A DNA stretch of 64,000 nucleotides from Octopus bimaculoides (taxonomy: Eukaryota), in assembly GCF_001194135.2 (NCBI RefSeq), contig NC_068986.1, forward strand, positions 74,191,884 to 74,255,883. Direction: 5' to 3'. Of the stretch, positions 1-11,535 are shown piece by piece. How positions within the stretch are numbered: the first letter of the stretch is position 1; the number at the start of each line of letters is the position of its first letter. Under the pieces are notes generated by a model that saw only the letters and a program-made list of their open reading frames with translations, did not search any database and was not told where the DNA came from. The position numbers and the translations under genes are program-made.

Positions 1-379
1 AAAGGGTTATGGTATGAATTTAAATGGTTTGATATTCAACCCTATCATGCCATATTCCTGCTACAGTGGGAATAGGTTAAGCATCATCTCTCCCAGATTT
101 CTTGTAAAGCAGTAATAAATGATACATAGAGAAAAAGAAAATGCAGCCGATTCTGTCCATTAGTTTGTCTGTAACCATTTCTCTTGAGCTGTAGATGCAA
201 CTGTTTATTTCTTTCCTTTGCTTGGAATCCCAAGTGGAGGGTAAACTTAGATACAGGGGCCCAGGTCTGACAGGGTTAAACAGTTTGTGGTGATCACTAC
301 TAAAATAGTAAATTTTAATTAGTATCACATATATGTATTTACTGCTAACATATAATTTCACTTTTTTTTTTTTTTACAG

Positions 380-508
380 CTCGAAGAAGAAAAACACTCG
401 CTGATTCTTGAAAATAGTTTATTACGAGAACAACTACATGTTTTCAGGGACCGGTACAACTGCCTGCAATCATTCCAAGGTCATTCATTATATCGAGACA
501 GCTTGCAG
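380..508 (+). CDS. PLEKHH1/2: PLEKHH1/2 (MAX-1 family) internal coding exon, coiled-coil-like region (LEEEKHSLILENSLLREQL...DSLQ)
   Basis: Poly-T tract + ACAG acceptor (378-379), CAG|GTATTT donor (509). 129 nt open, phase 0/0, fits the next exon. Assigned by frame continuity; the sequence itself is not diagnostic. Confidence 0.8.
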
Positions 509-1384
509 GTATTTTATATCTCATATTTATATCACAATTAGTGATCACTAGTGTCATTTGCCAAGAGTTTCCAAGTCACCAATTAATTATTGATTAACTA
601 CTTGTTCTGACATTGAGAGTGACAAGGAAGTGTCAGTAAACTGGTGCAAAACGAATATGGCAAGGGACTTCTTTTGAAAAACCTCTCATTGATGTTAGCA
701 TCCTTTGCTGATATATTTTGGAGAATGATGTCTACATGTTTGTGTGTAGCTAGGTATTTTACATATCTCTATCTTTTTTTATCCCCACTTAAACATAGAC
801 ATTATGTTAGAACAGATTATACAGTGGTAAATACCATGAGAGAACTGGACATAAACAAGAGTGTATTTTGCACCAAATGCCAATATGAGAGTTTCTCTCA
901 TGGCATCTACCACAGTATAGTTTGTTCTAATAGAACAACCACTTTTTTTAAGTGGGGATAATTATTAAATCTTGATATTAATAGTGGCTCTGCTTCTTTA
1001 AGGTGGCAAGCTTGGCAGAATCATTAGCATGCTGGGCAAAATGCTTAGTGGTATTTTGCTTGTTGCTATGTTGTGAGTTCAAATTCCGCCATGGTCGACT
1101 TTACCTTTCATCCTTTTGAGGTCAATGTGATTGACTAGTCCCATCCACCAATTTCAGGACTTGTGCCTATAGTAGAAAGGATATTAATACTGCCCCTGTT
1201 GCTAATATATATTATTTCTCTTTCTCCTATCTTCCATTTGTCAAACAAAATGTGCCTTGTGTGTGTGTGTGTATCCGTCCAAATATGTTTATATAAATCT
1301 TTTACACACATGTGCACACACACATACACGCGCACACACACACACACACACACACACTTCCATAGAGTTTCTGTCCATTAAATT

Positions 1385-1577
1385 CTACTCTTCCTGGACC
1401 AGGCAACGCGTTGTGTTCTTGAACAAAACACTTCATTTCACGTTGCTCCAGTCCACTCAGCTGGCAAAAATGAGTAACGCTGCAATGGACTGGCGTCCTG
1501 TCCAGCTGGGAAACACATACGCCATTGAAACCGGGAAACTGGGCCCATGAGCCTGGCAAGGCTTTAAAAGGGTGCAT
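1385..1577 (+). mobile_element. 5'-truncated SINE (core Y + tail shared with the 6320 copy)
   Basis: Core as in 16601-16916 followed by the AACGCTGCAATGGACTGGC...GGGCCCATGAGCCTGG tail seen at ~6520-6625. Confidence 0.8.
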
Positions 1578-2668
1578 TTATTTTATTTATTTTAAATTCT
1601 ACTCTTAAAGTAATGATCAATGCTATAATAGAAGCCATTTGCTCAATGTGTCACACAGTACATATTGAACTCAGAACCATGTGGTTGTGAAGCAAACTTC
1701 TTAATCACCCAGCCATGCCTGGACCTGTTTCTGCTAATGATTGTCATATGAGAAGTAGCACCTCGTGCACACACACATGCATGCGCGTGCACACACACAC
1801 AAACAAAAGTAATGTTATTTTATAAGAAAAGAGATAGTTATTTTTATCAAGAAATTGAATGTCACTATAGAAACTAACCTTGTTTAGCCAGGATATTATC
1901 TTTTGAATAGTTAAACAGAGTTTTAAAATATTGTAACTCATTAGACATCACTATCAACTAATAGACCTTGTATTAAAAATTGAAGATGCTAATCTAGAAA
2001 GATAAATCGACCTCTCTGTCCTGTCTTAATTTAGACAGCAAGATGTAATAACCAAGTGTCTTGATAAAATAAGTTGCAGAGGGAAGCCTCTACATGGTCA
2101 TTCAATTTGTTAGAAATAGCAACCAAATTTTCTTCCGATTTGGTCCATCATACCATCTTGGAAAATGTAATTGCACATTGGACAATATAGTCTTGGATAT
2201 AAAAATAAACAAGATACCCAATGTTGGAACATCTTTGATCATTGGCTTGCTAAACAACAGCAATAAACTTGACACATGCTTTGTCTCCCACTTTACAACT
2301 TTACACTCAGAAGGATGTCTCTCACTGTATAGTGTTTAGGCAAGTTTTTGTTTCTGTATAGTGTTTATGCAGTTTTTATTTTCTGTTTTGTGTTTTGGTG
2401 GATATCAAACCTTTCTTTTGTTACATCAGCATCTCCATTGTTGTTATGTTCACTTTTCCATTCTCACATGCATCATATGGAATTTGTTGAAGTTGATTTT
2501 CTATCGTCAGATGCTCTTTCTATCACCAACCACGACCTGTTTCCAAGTAGTGTAATATTTTTCAATAATCAGAGATGTTTTCACAGATGATTATAAATGA
2601 CAGACATTAGTTGCATGATGGTGACACTTATTTACAACTATCAGGTGATGTCAAAGCAAGAAGACTGT

Positions 2669-2715
<47 letters not shown>

Positions 2716-3041
2716 GTTATGCTAGAAGATAATAATTGCCAAAGGTGCCATTCAGTGGGACTGAACCTGAAACCATGTGGTGGGGAAGCAAACTTCTTAC
2801 CACACAATCACTATCTTTATCCAAATGAAAACCACTTCTTAATTTTATTGTTCTTATATTTTGTTAAACTCTTCTTATCTCTAGCCACACTCCTCTCCAC
2901 ACACAGAGGAAGATATAATGATAATACTTAGTGATATTATCACTATATTTTGCCCAAAATCTAATTAGATGAAATTAAATAGTTAAAGTTATTGTTCTAT
3001 GTATGAAGAACTTAAAGATATTTTAACCCCTTAGTTAAAAT

Positions 3042-3370
3042 ATGTTGCCTTCCTGGCACTTGTGCCAGTGGTGCGTGTAAAGACATTTGAGTGAGATCGT
3101 TGCCAGTACCGCCGGACTGGCACCTGTGCAGGTGGCACGTAAAATACACCACTTTGAGCATGGCCATTACCAATACCGCCTGACTGGCCTTCGTGCTGGT
3201 GGCACGTAAAAACATCTACTACACTCTCGGAGTGGTTGGTGTTAGGAAGGGCATCCAGCTGTAGAAACTCTGCCAAATCAGATTGGAGCCTAGTGTAGTC
3301 ATCTGGTTCACCAGTCCTCAGTCAAATCGTCCAACCCATGCTAGTATAGAAAGCAGACGTTAAACGATGA
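3042..3370 (+). mobile_element. SINE/LINE 3' module ending GTTAAACGATGA(TGA)n
   Basis: AGGAAGGGCATCCAGCTGTAGAAACT...CCAACCCATGC..GACGTTAAACGATGA recurs at ~27880-28360, 31081-31242, 42755-42966, 54410-54560 and on - at 18402-18600. Confidence 0.8.
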
Positions 3371-3909
3371 ACAAACGAATGACACTGCTTTTGTTTCTAT
3401 TAATTTTTAAAATAATGAAGAATTTAGTAAAACAAAATTTTAATCTGGTGTTTGGAACACAAAAAAGGTTTTAAATTAGATCACTTAAAATAGTAAATTC
3501 ATATCATTGAACCAATGTCATATACAGGTAGATTGGTATCAAGTTAAAATATATGGAGAAGATTTTACAATTTTAATACAGCAAAAAAGGAATTTTTAAT
3601 TTAAATAAAAAAAATCAGACAGCTTAAATAATTATCCATCTAGATTAAACATTTGAAGATCACGTCTTTCGACTATATTGGAGTTGAAGCTTAGAATACT
3701 GACATTGGAATTTTAATCAATCATCTACCAGATGTTGATGATATAAATATTGGTGACATACAAACAAAAAGTATCATGAAATTACTCAATATCATTGTAT
3801 AGATTTGCTGTGTCTATTAAATTTACCATATCATTTTGGATTCTGTGTGTTTATTTCACTTAGCATATCATTGTAGGCTGACTATGTTTTCTTAACTTAC
3901 AGTCTTTAA

Positions 3910-4402
3910 CCCTTTAGCTATATCTGGCCTAGATATTCTACCTATTTTAGTGCAATGTTATTACCAGTTCAAATATGCCAATGGCACATTCTGACTTGTA
4001 GACAAGCAATTCACTGTGTTTTGTGATGGAGGAAATTTCTTTCTGTAGACAAACAGTGTAAATACATCTAAATCAGCTCACTGTGCCACCAATCAGTTCC
4101 TGTGACTGAAGTGGAGATAACCACTCTGAATGTTTGCATCTCAGTCTGGATAGATGCCACTGCCAGCATTTATATACATCACTGCTTAGCATTCCCACCC
4201 AACAATCTACCTATTTTATATTCAAACAGCCAGATCCAGCATTTCACACCTACCCTACAATGTTGTTCCAACCCCCCTCCCTCCCAATAATAATAGTAAT
4301 CACATCATTGAAATCTCAAAGCTACAAGATAATGCATGATAATTCAAAACAATGTGAATAGATAAGCATTACATCTGACAGAATAATCTGAGGCCTAAAG
4401 GG
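3910..4402. mobile_element. TTAA MITE with an internal ~250-bp insertion
   Basis: TTAA|CCCTTTAG ... CTAAAGGG|TTAA. Further copies or halves at ~15647-15874, 33165-33325, 33790-33877, 41113-41215, 52620-52746. Confidence 0.75.
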
Positions 4403-4912
4403 TTAATGGACTTAAGACAATAAGGAAATCTCTATATAGTCCTTGAAACTTTTAAAAGTAACCACCAAATCTGCAAATCACACCTTACTATGTTAAGGAG
4501 GGGATGTCACATTTGATAATGTAGTTCTAGATACAGTGTCTCAACAAAAAAAAAAAAAAAAAAGGATTGTCATGACTGGAATTACTTTGATCATAAATCT
4601 ACATAATCAGGACTGACCTGGTGTTAAAAAAACAACAACAAAGAATAACCAATAAGTTATACAATGACATGATGCTTTTATTGTTGCCTTACCTCAGAAC
4701 TAATGAGTCTGAACAAATTATTGTTCACTTCCAGTTAACTATATTATTTCAACGTTACCTTGTTAAACATGTACACTTCTACACACAACCTTTCTGTGAT
4801 AAGATTCTGTTTTCTCATGTAAAGCACCCAAGTGTTCAGTATGTCATTGTACACAAGTAGGTTACATGCCAGATTGATGAGTGAGGGCTGCAAAAAGTAT
4901 AAAAAAACGGTG

Positions 4913-4973
<61 letters not shown>

Positions 4974-5079
4974 ATTATTTTAAGGAAGAAAGTCAAAGCA
5001 AGACTCCACATTAATTGCGAATTAGCTAATTTCAAGACTAAGATCTTAGATAGATTTTCTATCTTCAGCGCAATATATG

Positions 5080-5357
5080 TGTTATAAACCCAAACTGGAA
5101 TATCTAAATTTAAAAGGTTATAATCAACTAAAAATACAGCAATCTCAATACAAACAAAGATTACTAAATTGTAAGCAAAACCAAACTTCAGCACAATAAC
5201 AGTTTTATGCAGCAAGTTGCTACAGTCTTGACTAACTAAAAACCAACACTGAACACATTGTGCCGCAAACAGAATAGAACTCTATGCAGCTGCACTGCAA
5301 GCAAATAACAGCAATTGAGACAATCAAAATCACGTGATCAAAACTAAAATCACAACA
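5080..5357 (-). repeat. 3' LTR of the Gypsy element
   Basis: TG...CA termini (TGTTATAAACC...CACAACA); direct repeat of 9422-9701. Confidence 0.95.
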
Positions 5358-5369
5358 TTTTCCCCCTCT
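5358..5369 (-). promoter_or_regulatory. Polypurine tract (AGAGGGGGAAAA) for plus-strand priming
   Basis: Purine run directly abutting the 3' LTR on the element strand. Confidence 0.85.
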
Positions 5370-5659
5370 AAAGAAAAAGAACAATTAACCAACAAAATGC
5401 AAAATACAAACATAACCATGAGCCAACAACGTAATGATGTGGCATTTCATAAGCGTAACACATTATCAATCAGAAATTTAACCTATCAGGAAATTTTTTT
5501 TTGTTCTGGATGAATGCCAGTGCAAAGTAGTTTCAGGTTCTGGTTCTTGGGCTGGTGTAGGTGGGACAGAATCAGTCACGGTATCAGAAAAACCACCACG
5601 GTGCTCATGCATTTGAGTAGGATCAGTGTCAGCAACATCGGTTTGATCCCTACTTAACT

Positions 5660-8600
5660 GATACTCACTCCTCAGTCATTTTGCCAGTAGGAGCTAAATC
5701 TCTAATGGACACAGTACTTTCACATCCATCTGGGTACTGCACCCTCCCATGGTTAGGGTTAATTTGCACCAATTGGGCTTCATCTACTAATAGATCATAC
5801 TTATTGCATACATGTTGTTTAACAAACACTTTGTCAGGTCCTTGCATTAACCAAGTAGGAACAGAAACACCACACATAGAACATCTGGGAAATTTAAAGA
5901 ATCTCTCATGCGGGGTCTCATTAGTTGTTGTGCATAATAATGAATGTTGTGAATGCAAAACTTCTGGAAGCACAACTTCCCATTGAGAAACTGGTAAATT
6001 TCTGCTATGTAAGGCCAATTTAATGGAATTCCATATTACTCCATTATACCTTTCACATTCAGCATTTCCATGAGAATTGTACACCATAGAATGAGTAATC
6101 TATATACCCCTATCGTACAGAAATTGTTTAAGTTCTTTAGATACAAAACATTTAGCATTATCACTATGAATAACTGCAGAAAATTTGAAAAGATTAAACA
6201 AAACCTTCAAATTACTAATAACGGAATGAGCACTAGTATCAGTGCATGGAAAAATAAATGAAGAACATGAATACTCTTCCACAACAGTTAAAAAATAATG
6301 GTTCTTTGATACTGAAGGTGTGGAGGCGCAATGGCCCAGTGGTTAGGGCAGTGGACTCGCAGTCGGAGGATCGCGGTTTCGATTACCAGACCGGGCGTTG
6401 TGAGTGTTTATTGAGCGAAAACACCTAAAGCTCCATGAGACTCCAACAGGGGATGGTGGTGACCCCTGTTGTACTCCTTTGCCTCAACTTTCTCTCACTT
6501 TTTCTTCCTGTTTCTTGAGTAACACTGCGATGGACTGGCATCTCGTCCAGCTGGGGAGGAACACATACACCACTAAAACTGGGAAACTGGGCCCATGAGC
6601 CTGGCTAGGCTTTAAAAGGGCACATAGATAGATAGATACTGAAGGTAGGGGTCCTTTAAAATCAACACTCAATCTTTCAAAAGCTTGAGTAGATTTAATT
6701 ACTGATGAAACAGAGGTTTTAGTAAAGTGAGGCTTCAACTCACAACATTACACAATTGTTAGTTATATGATTTACACCATCTACAGAGTATAGTAAATTC
6801 TAGACTTTAATATAATGAAATAATCGTGTGATCCCAGGATGACACAGTACTGCATAAACACAGTACAGTTCATTATCAGTCGTAGCTGTGCAATATGTAT
6901 ATGATAAAGCATCTGATGCAACATTAAACTTACCTTGGTGGTAAATATCAAATTTATACTGGGCTAGTTTGATTCACCAACGTATTATCTTTTCATTTTT
7001 AGGTCTACTGTACTTTTGACAATTAAACATAAAAGCAACACTGTTTTGATCACTTATTAGTGTGAAGTTACATTCAAAAAGAAAATGAGACCATTTTCTC
7101 ACAGATTCTACAATCGCCATCGCCTCTTTTTCAATACAAGAATAACAACGCTCACTTGGGTTGAGAGTTCTTCAAAAAAATGCAACTGGCTTTCCATTTT
7201 GGTGTAAAATGCCAGATATAGCTAACTCCGATGCATCTGTTTCTATTGAGAAAGGAAGACTTTCATCAACCGTTTTTAAGGTAGCATTTGTTAAATCATC
7301 TCGTAAAGCTTTTAAATTTGACAAGGCTTGTTCACTCAAAGGAAAATATTTAGTATCAACCAACGGTTTTATCTTTTCAGAGCATTTTGGAATCCATTTG
7401 GAATAATATGCAAATAAACCAACAATTCAACTCACTGTTTTGTGGGTACTAGGAATAGGTAGTTCCAACAAGGGTTTTACCTGGTCAGGGTCAGGCTTCA
7501 AGTTATCATTTTGAATTTCATAGCCAAGCAATCGAATCAGTGTAGCGCTGTAAATGCATTTGGCATCATTAAAAGTTATATTACAGTCTTTAGTAACTTG
7601 AAGAAAATGCTTTAAATTTTGATCATGTTCTTCCTTCGATTTACCACACACAGTTATGTTGTCGATATATGCAAAAGTAGCTCTACAATTATGGCTTTCA
7701 ATTATATTAGCTATCACTCTCTGGAAACAGGGCACTGCATTTGTAAATCTGAAAGCAATATGTTTGCTTTGATATAATTTTCCCTGTGCTTTGAAAGGTC
7801 GACCTTCAACTGGAATCTCAACTTGATGATATGCACTTTAAAGATCCAGTGTGCTAAAATAATTAAATTGAGCTTTTTTTGTGACCATGTCATGCATATT
7901 TGGCAGTGGATATCCATCTAATTGTGTAAACTTATTTATAGTCTCACTATAATCAATACACAGTCTCTTGTGATGATTTTCTCCTGATATTACCAATACC
8001 TGGACTCTCCAGGGTGAGACACTGGGTTCAATTACCTGTTCTGCCAGATCGTGGCTTATAGTATCAGCAATAAATTTTTCATTATTGGCGGACTGTCTTC
8101 TCAATTTTGTAACTTTGGGTTTACAGTCAGAGTTTAAATTTCAAACAACCTCAGTGTAATGCAATTGAGAGCTCCCAAATGTAACGGGGGCTTGTTGCCG
8201 TCAAAAGTAATTTGTACATGTTGATGCTGTTTTAAGAAATTTTGTCCTAAAATTACATCTACAAACAAATTATCAAGTACCACCAACTTTACTTGCTCGT
8301 AAATTCTTCCTTGAAGTTCAATTGAACCCATACAAAAACCGTCGCTTTGGGAATGATTTCCATTGACAGCCATGTTAATTTCATTCCTTTCGGACTTCAC
8401 CAATAATTTGGTTTTCTTTTTTTGCAAAGTCTTTGCTAATATGATTCATAGTTGAGCCGGTATCAATCAAAGCAAATGCTTTCCATACCATCAACTGTTA
8501 TTGTATAATTAACTTTAGTAGCAGCTCCACCTTGATATAAAACCACGGCAAAGTTGCCATCAAGAGCTACTGATATCTTATCAAAATTTTTGCGGTTACT

Positions 8601-9388
8601 TGACCAGCATTCTTGAGCAAAATGACCAAAATATCCACATTTGTTACACTTGCTCCACCTAGTGGGAAACTTAAACCTCAGATGAAAATCATTAGATCTG
8701 CAAAAGGGGCAGGACTTTTGCATTCATTTTATTGCTGCACAAGCTGTGTTTCAGTCAGGAATTGAGATTTTGTCTTCTTCACATGGAATAAATGTTGACG
8801 AACAGCTTCCCTGGCTATTTATATCAATATGACTGCTATTATACACTTCGGAATTCCTTTGAGCAACTTCCAGTGTGTGAGCTTGGTTAAATATTGCTTC
8901 TAAAGTTATCACCGTATCTTGAACATTTACTAAAAGTCTAAGGTGAGTTGAAGATGACGTTAATGCTGAGATAAATGCGTCACAAACAGCTTCATTGTTA
9001 TGAGTCTCAGTGTCCACTGCTCTGTACCCGCAATCTTTAGTTAGTCATTTCAATTTCTGTAAATAGTCGTCAACAGATTGACTTGGTTCTTGTTGGCACG
9101 TCATTAAAAGGTGTCTTGCAAAAATAATGTTCAAGGGTTTCACGTACAGTCTCTCCAGAGTTTGAATTGCTTCTGCGTAATTCTCATATTCATTTATGAG
9201 TTCGTAAACATCTTTATCTAAGTGCGCTATTAAACACCTAATCTTGCTTTCATCAGTGAAAGGCAGTTCAGGTGGAAATGATTCTAAAAATTTTTTAAAG
9301 TTCTGAACCAATATTTCCATTCTTTTGAAGCTTGACTCGAACTTGGATCAGTGGTGAACAAATTTTGTTTTATAGATTTACTGTCTAT
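5660..9388 (-). pseudogene. Fragmented gag-pol of the Gypsy element
   Basis: ORF-track fragments 9045..9320 (gag), 8463..8723 (CCHC), 8134..8427 (protease), 7838..8104 and 7427..7735 (RT), 7172..7363 (RNase H), 6484..6738, 6100..6282 and 5665..6087 (integrase), separated by frameshifts and stops. Confidence 0.93.
6320..6634 (+). mobile_element. tRNA-derived SINE nested in the Gypsy integrase
   Basis: tRNA-like head GTGGAGGCGCAATGGCCCAGTGG..GGTTTCGATT, (AGAT)n tail, exact 12-bp TSD GATACTGAAGGT (6308-6319 / 6635-6646). Confidence 0.92.
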
Positions 9389-9421
9389 TCTCTCTTTCTG
9401 GTTATTTTTAGTTGATTAAAT

Positions 9422-9701
9422 TGTTATAAACCCAAACTGGAATATCTAAGTTTAAAAGGTTTTAATCAACAAAAAAATACAGCAATCTACAATACAAACA
9501 AAGATTGCTAAATTGTAAGCGAAACCAAACTTCAGGACAATAACAGTTTTATGCAGCAAGTTGCTACAGTCTCGACTAACTATAAACCAACACTGAACAT
9601 ATCGTGCTGCAAACAGAATAGAACTCTGCGCAGCTGCACTGCAGGCAAATAACAGCAATCAAGACAATCAAAATCACGTGATCAAAACTAAAATCACAAA
9701 A
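9422..9701 (-). repeat. 5' LTR of the Gypsy element
   Basis: Direct repeat of 5080-5357; the outer terminus has a C>A change (CACAAAA on +). Confidence 0.93.
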
Positions 9702-9939
9702 ATATATGAACTTATATTGTGGTGAAGATAGAAGAAAATCTATTTAAGATTTTAATCTTGAAATTAGCTAATTCACAATTAATGTGGTGTCTTTTTAAAT
9801 ATCTTCTCTGTAGCACAATTTCAATCGCATGTATTTATGGAGTTTGTTCAACCTCTTGATAAACTCCGACACTTGGGTCAATTCGTAATGCTCGGACATT
9901 GATTCTGTATGGAGGAGATAAGTGTTGTTTCAACTTTAT

Positions 9940-9977
<38 letters not shown>

Positions 9978-10240
9978 CCTATACGAAAGTCATTATATTT
10001 AAACAAAGTATAAGCAACTTTTCAAGTGAGAATTTTGCTACTTTGATAACAGTTACAATACTTATTTTACCAAATATTTGGTTGATATTTAAATACACAA
10101 GTATATATATATATTTATATATATAATTATTAATTTAATATATAAATTGTTTATTTCCATGCTGACTATCATTAATGTGATTTTTATCCTTATTTTATGA
10201 GTGTATATATATATATATATTATATATATATATATATATA

Positions 10241-10861
10241 GTGATATTTTAAATTCTCAATCGCAGAATAATGCTAATAATATAGCCTGAACAGGATAAA
10301 CTATCCCTATTTTGCAGAGAAAAGTGTAGGTGACTAGCTGTGAACTCGAACTCACATCCCCGTCATTACATGTGACGATGCTTTTGCCGATTAAGGTAAA
10401 CTACCCACTACAAATTCCTCTGCAAATTAAGATATATAAATCTCGCATTATGAGACGCTCTCAAAATATCACTTCTTTAACTTTCTAAAAAAGACATCTC
10501 AACGCTTCTAAAAGCAAGCTCCGCTTGTTTATTTACGTTTGTCGTAATTTGAATTTAATATATAAGAGCATCTCATAAAGCGAGATTTATATATCTTAAT
10601 TTGCAGAGGAAATTGGGTAGTTTAGCTTAATCGGCAAAAGCATCGTCACATGTAATGACGGGGATGTGAGTTCGAGTCCACAGCTAGTGACCTACACTTT
10701 TATCTGCAAAATAGGGATAGTTTATCCTGTTCAGGCTATATTATTAGCATTATTCTGTGATTGAGAATTTAAAATATCACTTCTTTAACTTTCTAAAAAA
10801 GACATCTCAACGCTTCTAAAAGCAAGCTTCGCTTGTTTATTTACGTCTGTCATAATTTGAA

Positions 10862-10872
<11 letters not shown>
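10241..10872. repeat. Foldback plus direct repeat unit (A'-B-A-B) between (TA)n tracts
   Basis: Arms 10241-10461 / 10565-10780 are inverted; 10463-10564 is directly repeated at 10771-10872. Confidence 0.95.
10615..10693 (+). pseudogene. tRNA-like sequence (Thr-UGU-like anticodon arm), degenerate; inverted twin at 10328-10406
   Basis: A-box-like TAGCTTAATCGG, anticodon stem CGTCA/TGACG with 7-nt loop CA-TGT-AA, B-box-like GTTCGAGTCC. Acceptor stem is poor and U33 is absent. Confidence 0.55.
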
Positions 10873-10904
<32 letters not shown>

Positions 10905-11535
10905 TTAAGTTTCAGTTATAACATGATCATATTGTTAAGTATAAATACATTTGCATACATACACGTAGTAAAGTTGACCTTAGTGTATGAAAGAGAGAGA
11001 GAGAGGGTTTATACTTGAATCTGATTGATGGTACACGTGAAATGATGACAGATGTACCTGTAATATCTCTCAGGTAGTTGGATATCTTCATATATCATCT
11101 AACTCAGTGGTTCTCAAGCTAATGAATATCAGCACCACAATTCCTCAAAAAAAAAAAAAAACCCCCTGAAATTTTTGGGATCTACTCTTCTTCATTTATA
11201 AGTAAACTAAATAGAATTTGTTATGTTTATGATTTTTTTGTAAGATTCTTCATGTGAAAACGTGTTGAAACAGATATTGTTATACTTGGGGGACAGTCTT
11301 TTTTTTCTTAGGTGTAGTGGAGGGATACTAATTATGTCTTTTATTGGCAAGAAAAATATGACTGTCCACAAGTATAACAATATAATAGAATTTTTGTTAT
11401 CCACATAAATCTTCATCTTTTGCCTTCATGTTGGAAAAGATTAAGTTTTAAATGCATTTTCAATCTTCCCAGCACTCACTACCTCCATTTAAAAAACATT
11501 GGTCTCAACCATCTTCTGTTTTTTCTTTGCATTAG

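Larger units (their letters stand above)
5080..9701 (-). mobile_element. Full-length, decayed Ty3/Gypsy LTR retrotransposon (about 4.6 kb including a nested SINE)
   Basis: Two ~278-bp LTRs (I count 17 substitutions + 2 indels, ~93% identity). PPT next to the 3' LTR. Domain order on the - strand: gag with CCHC knuckles, protease (ALIDTGST), RT (SPWRVQVL, YIDN), RNase H (IETDASE), integrase (HPG..C, DFKGPLP, ECERYNG). Confidence 0.96.

Noticed and set aside
10615-10693. Possible functional tRNA-Thr gene, and tRNA-like heads of SINEs (6320, 57304, 61815 etc.)
   Set aside because: Acceptor stem and T-arm are defective, U33 is missing, and all are embedded in repeats; treated as tRNA-derived.
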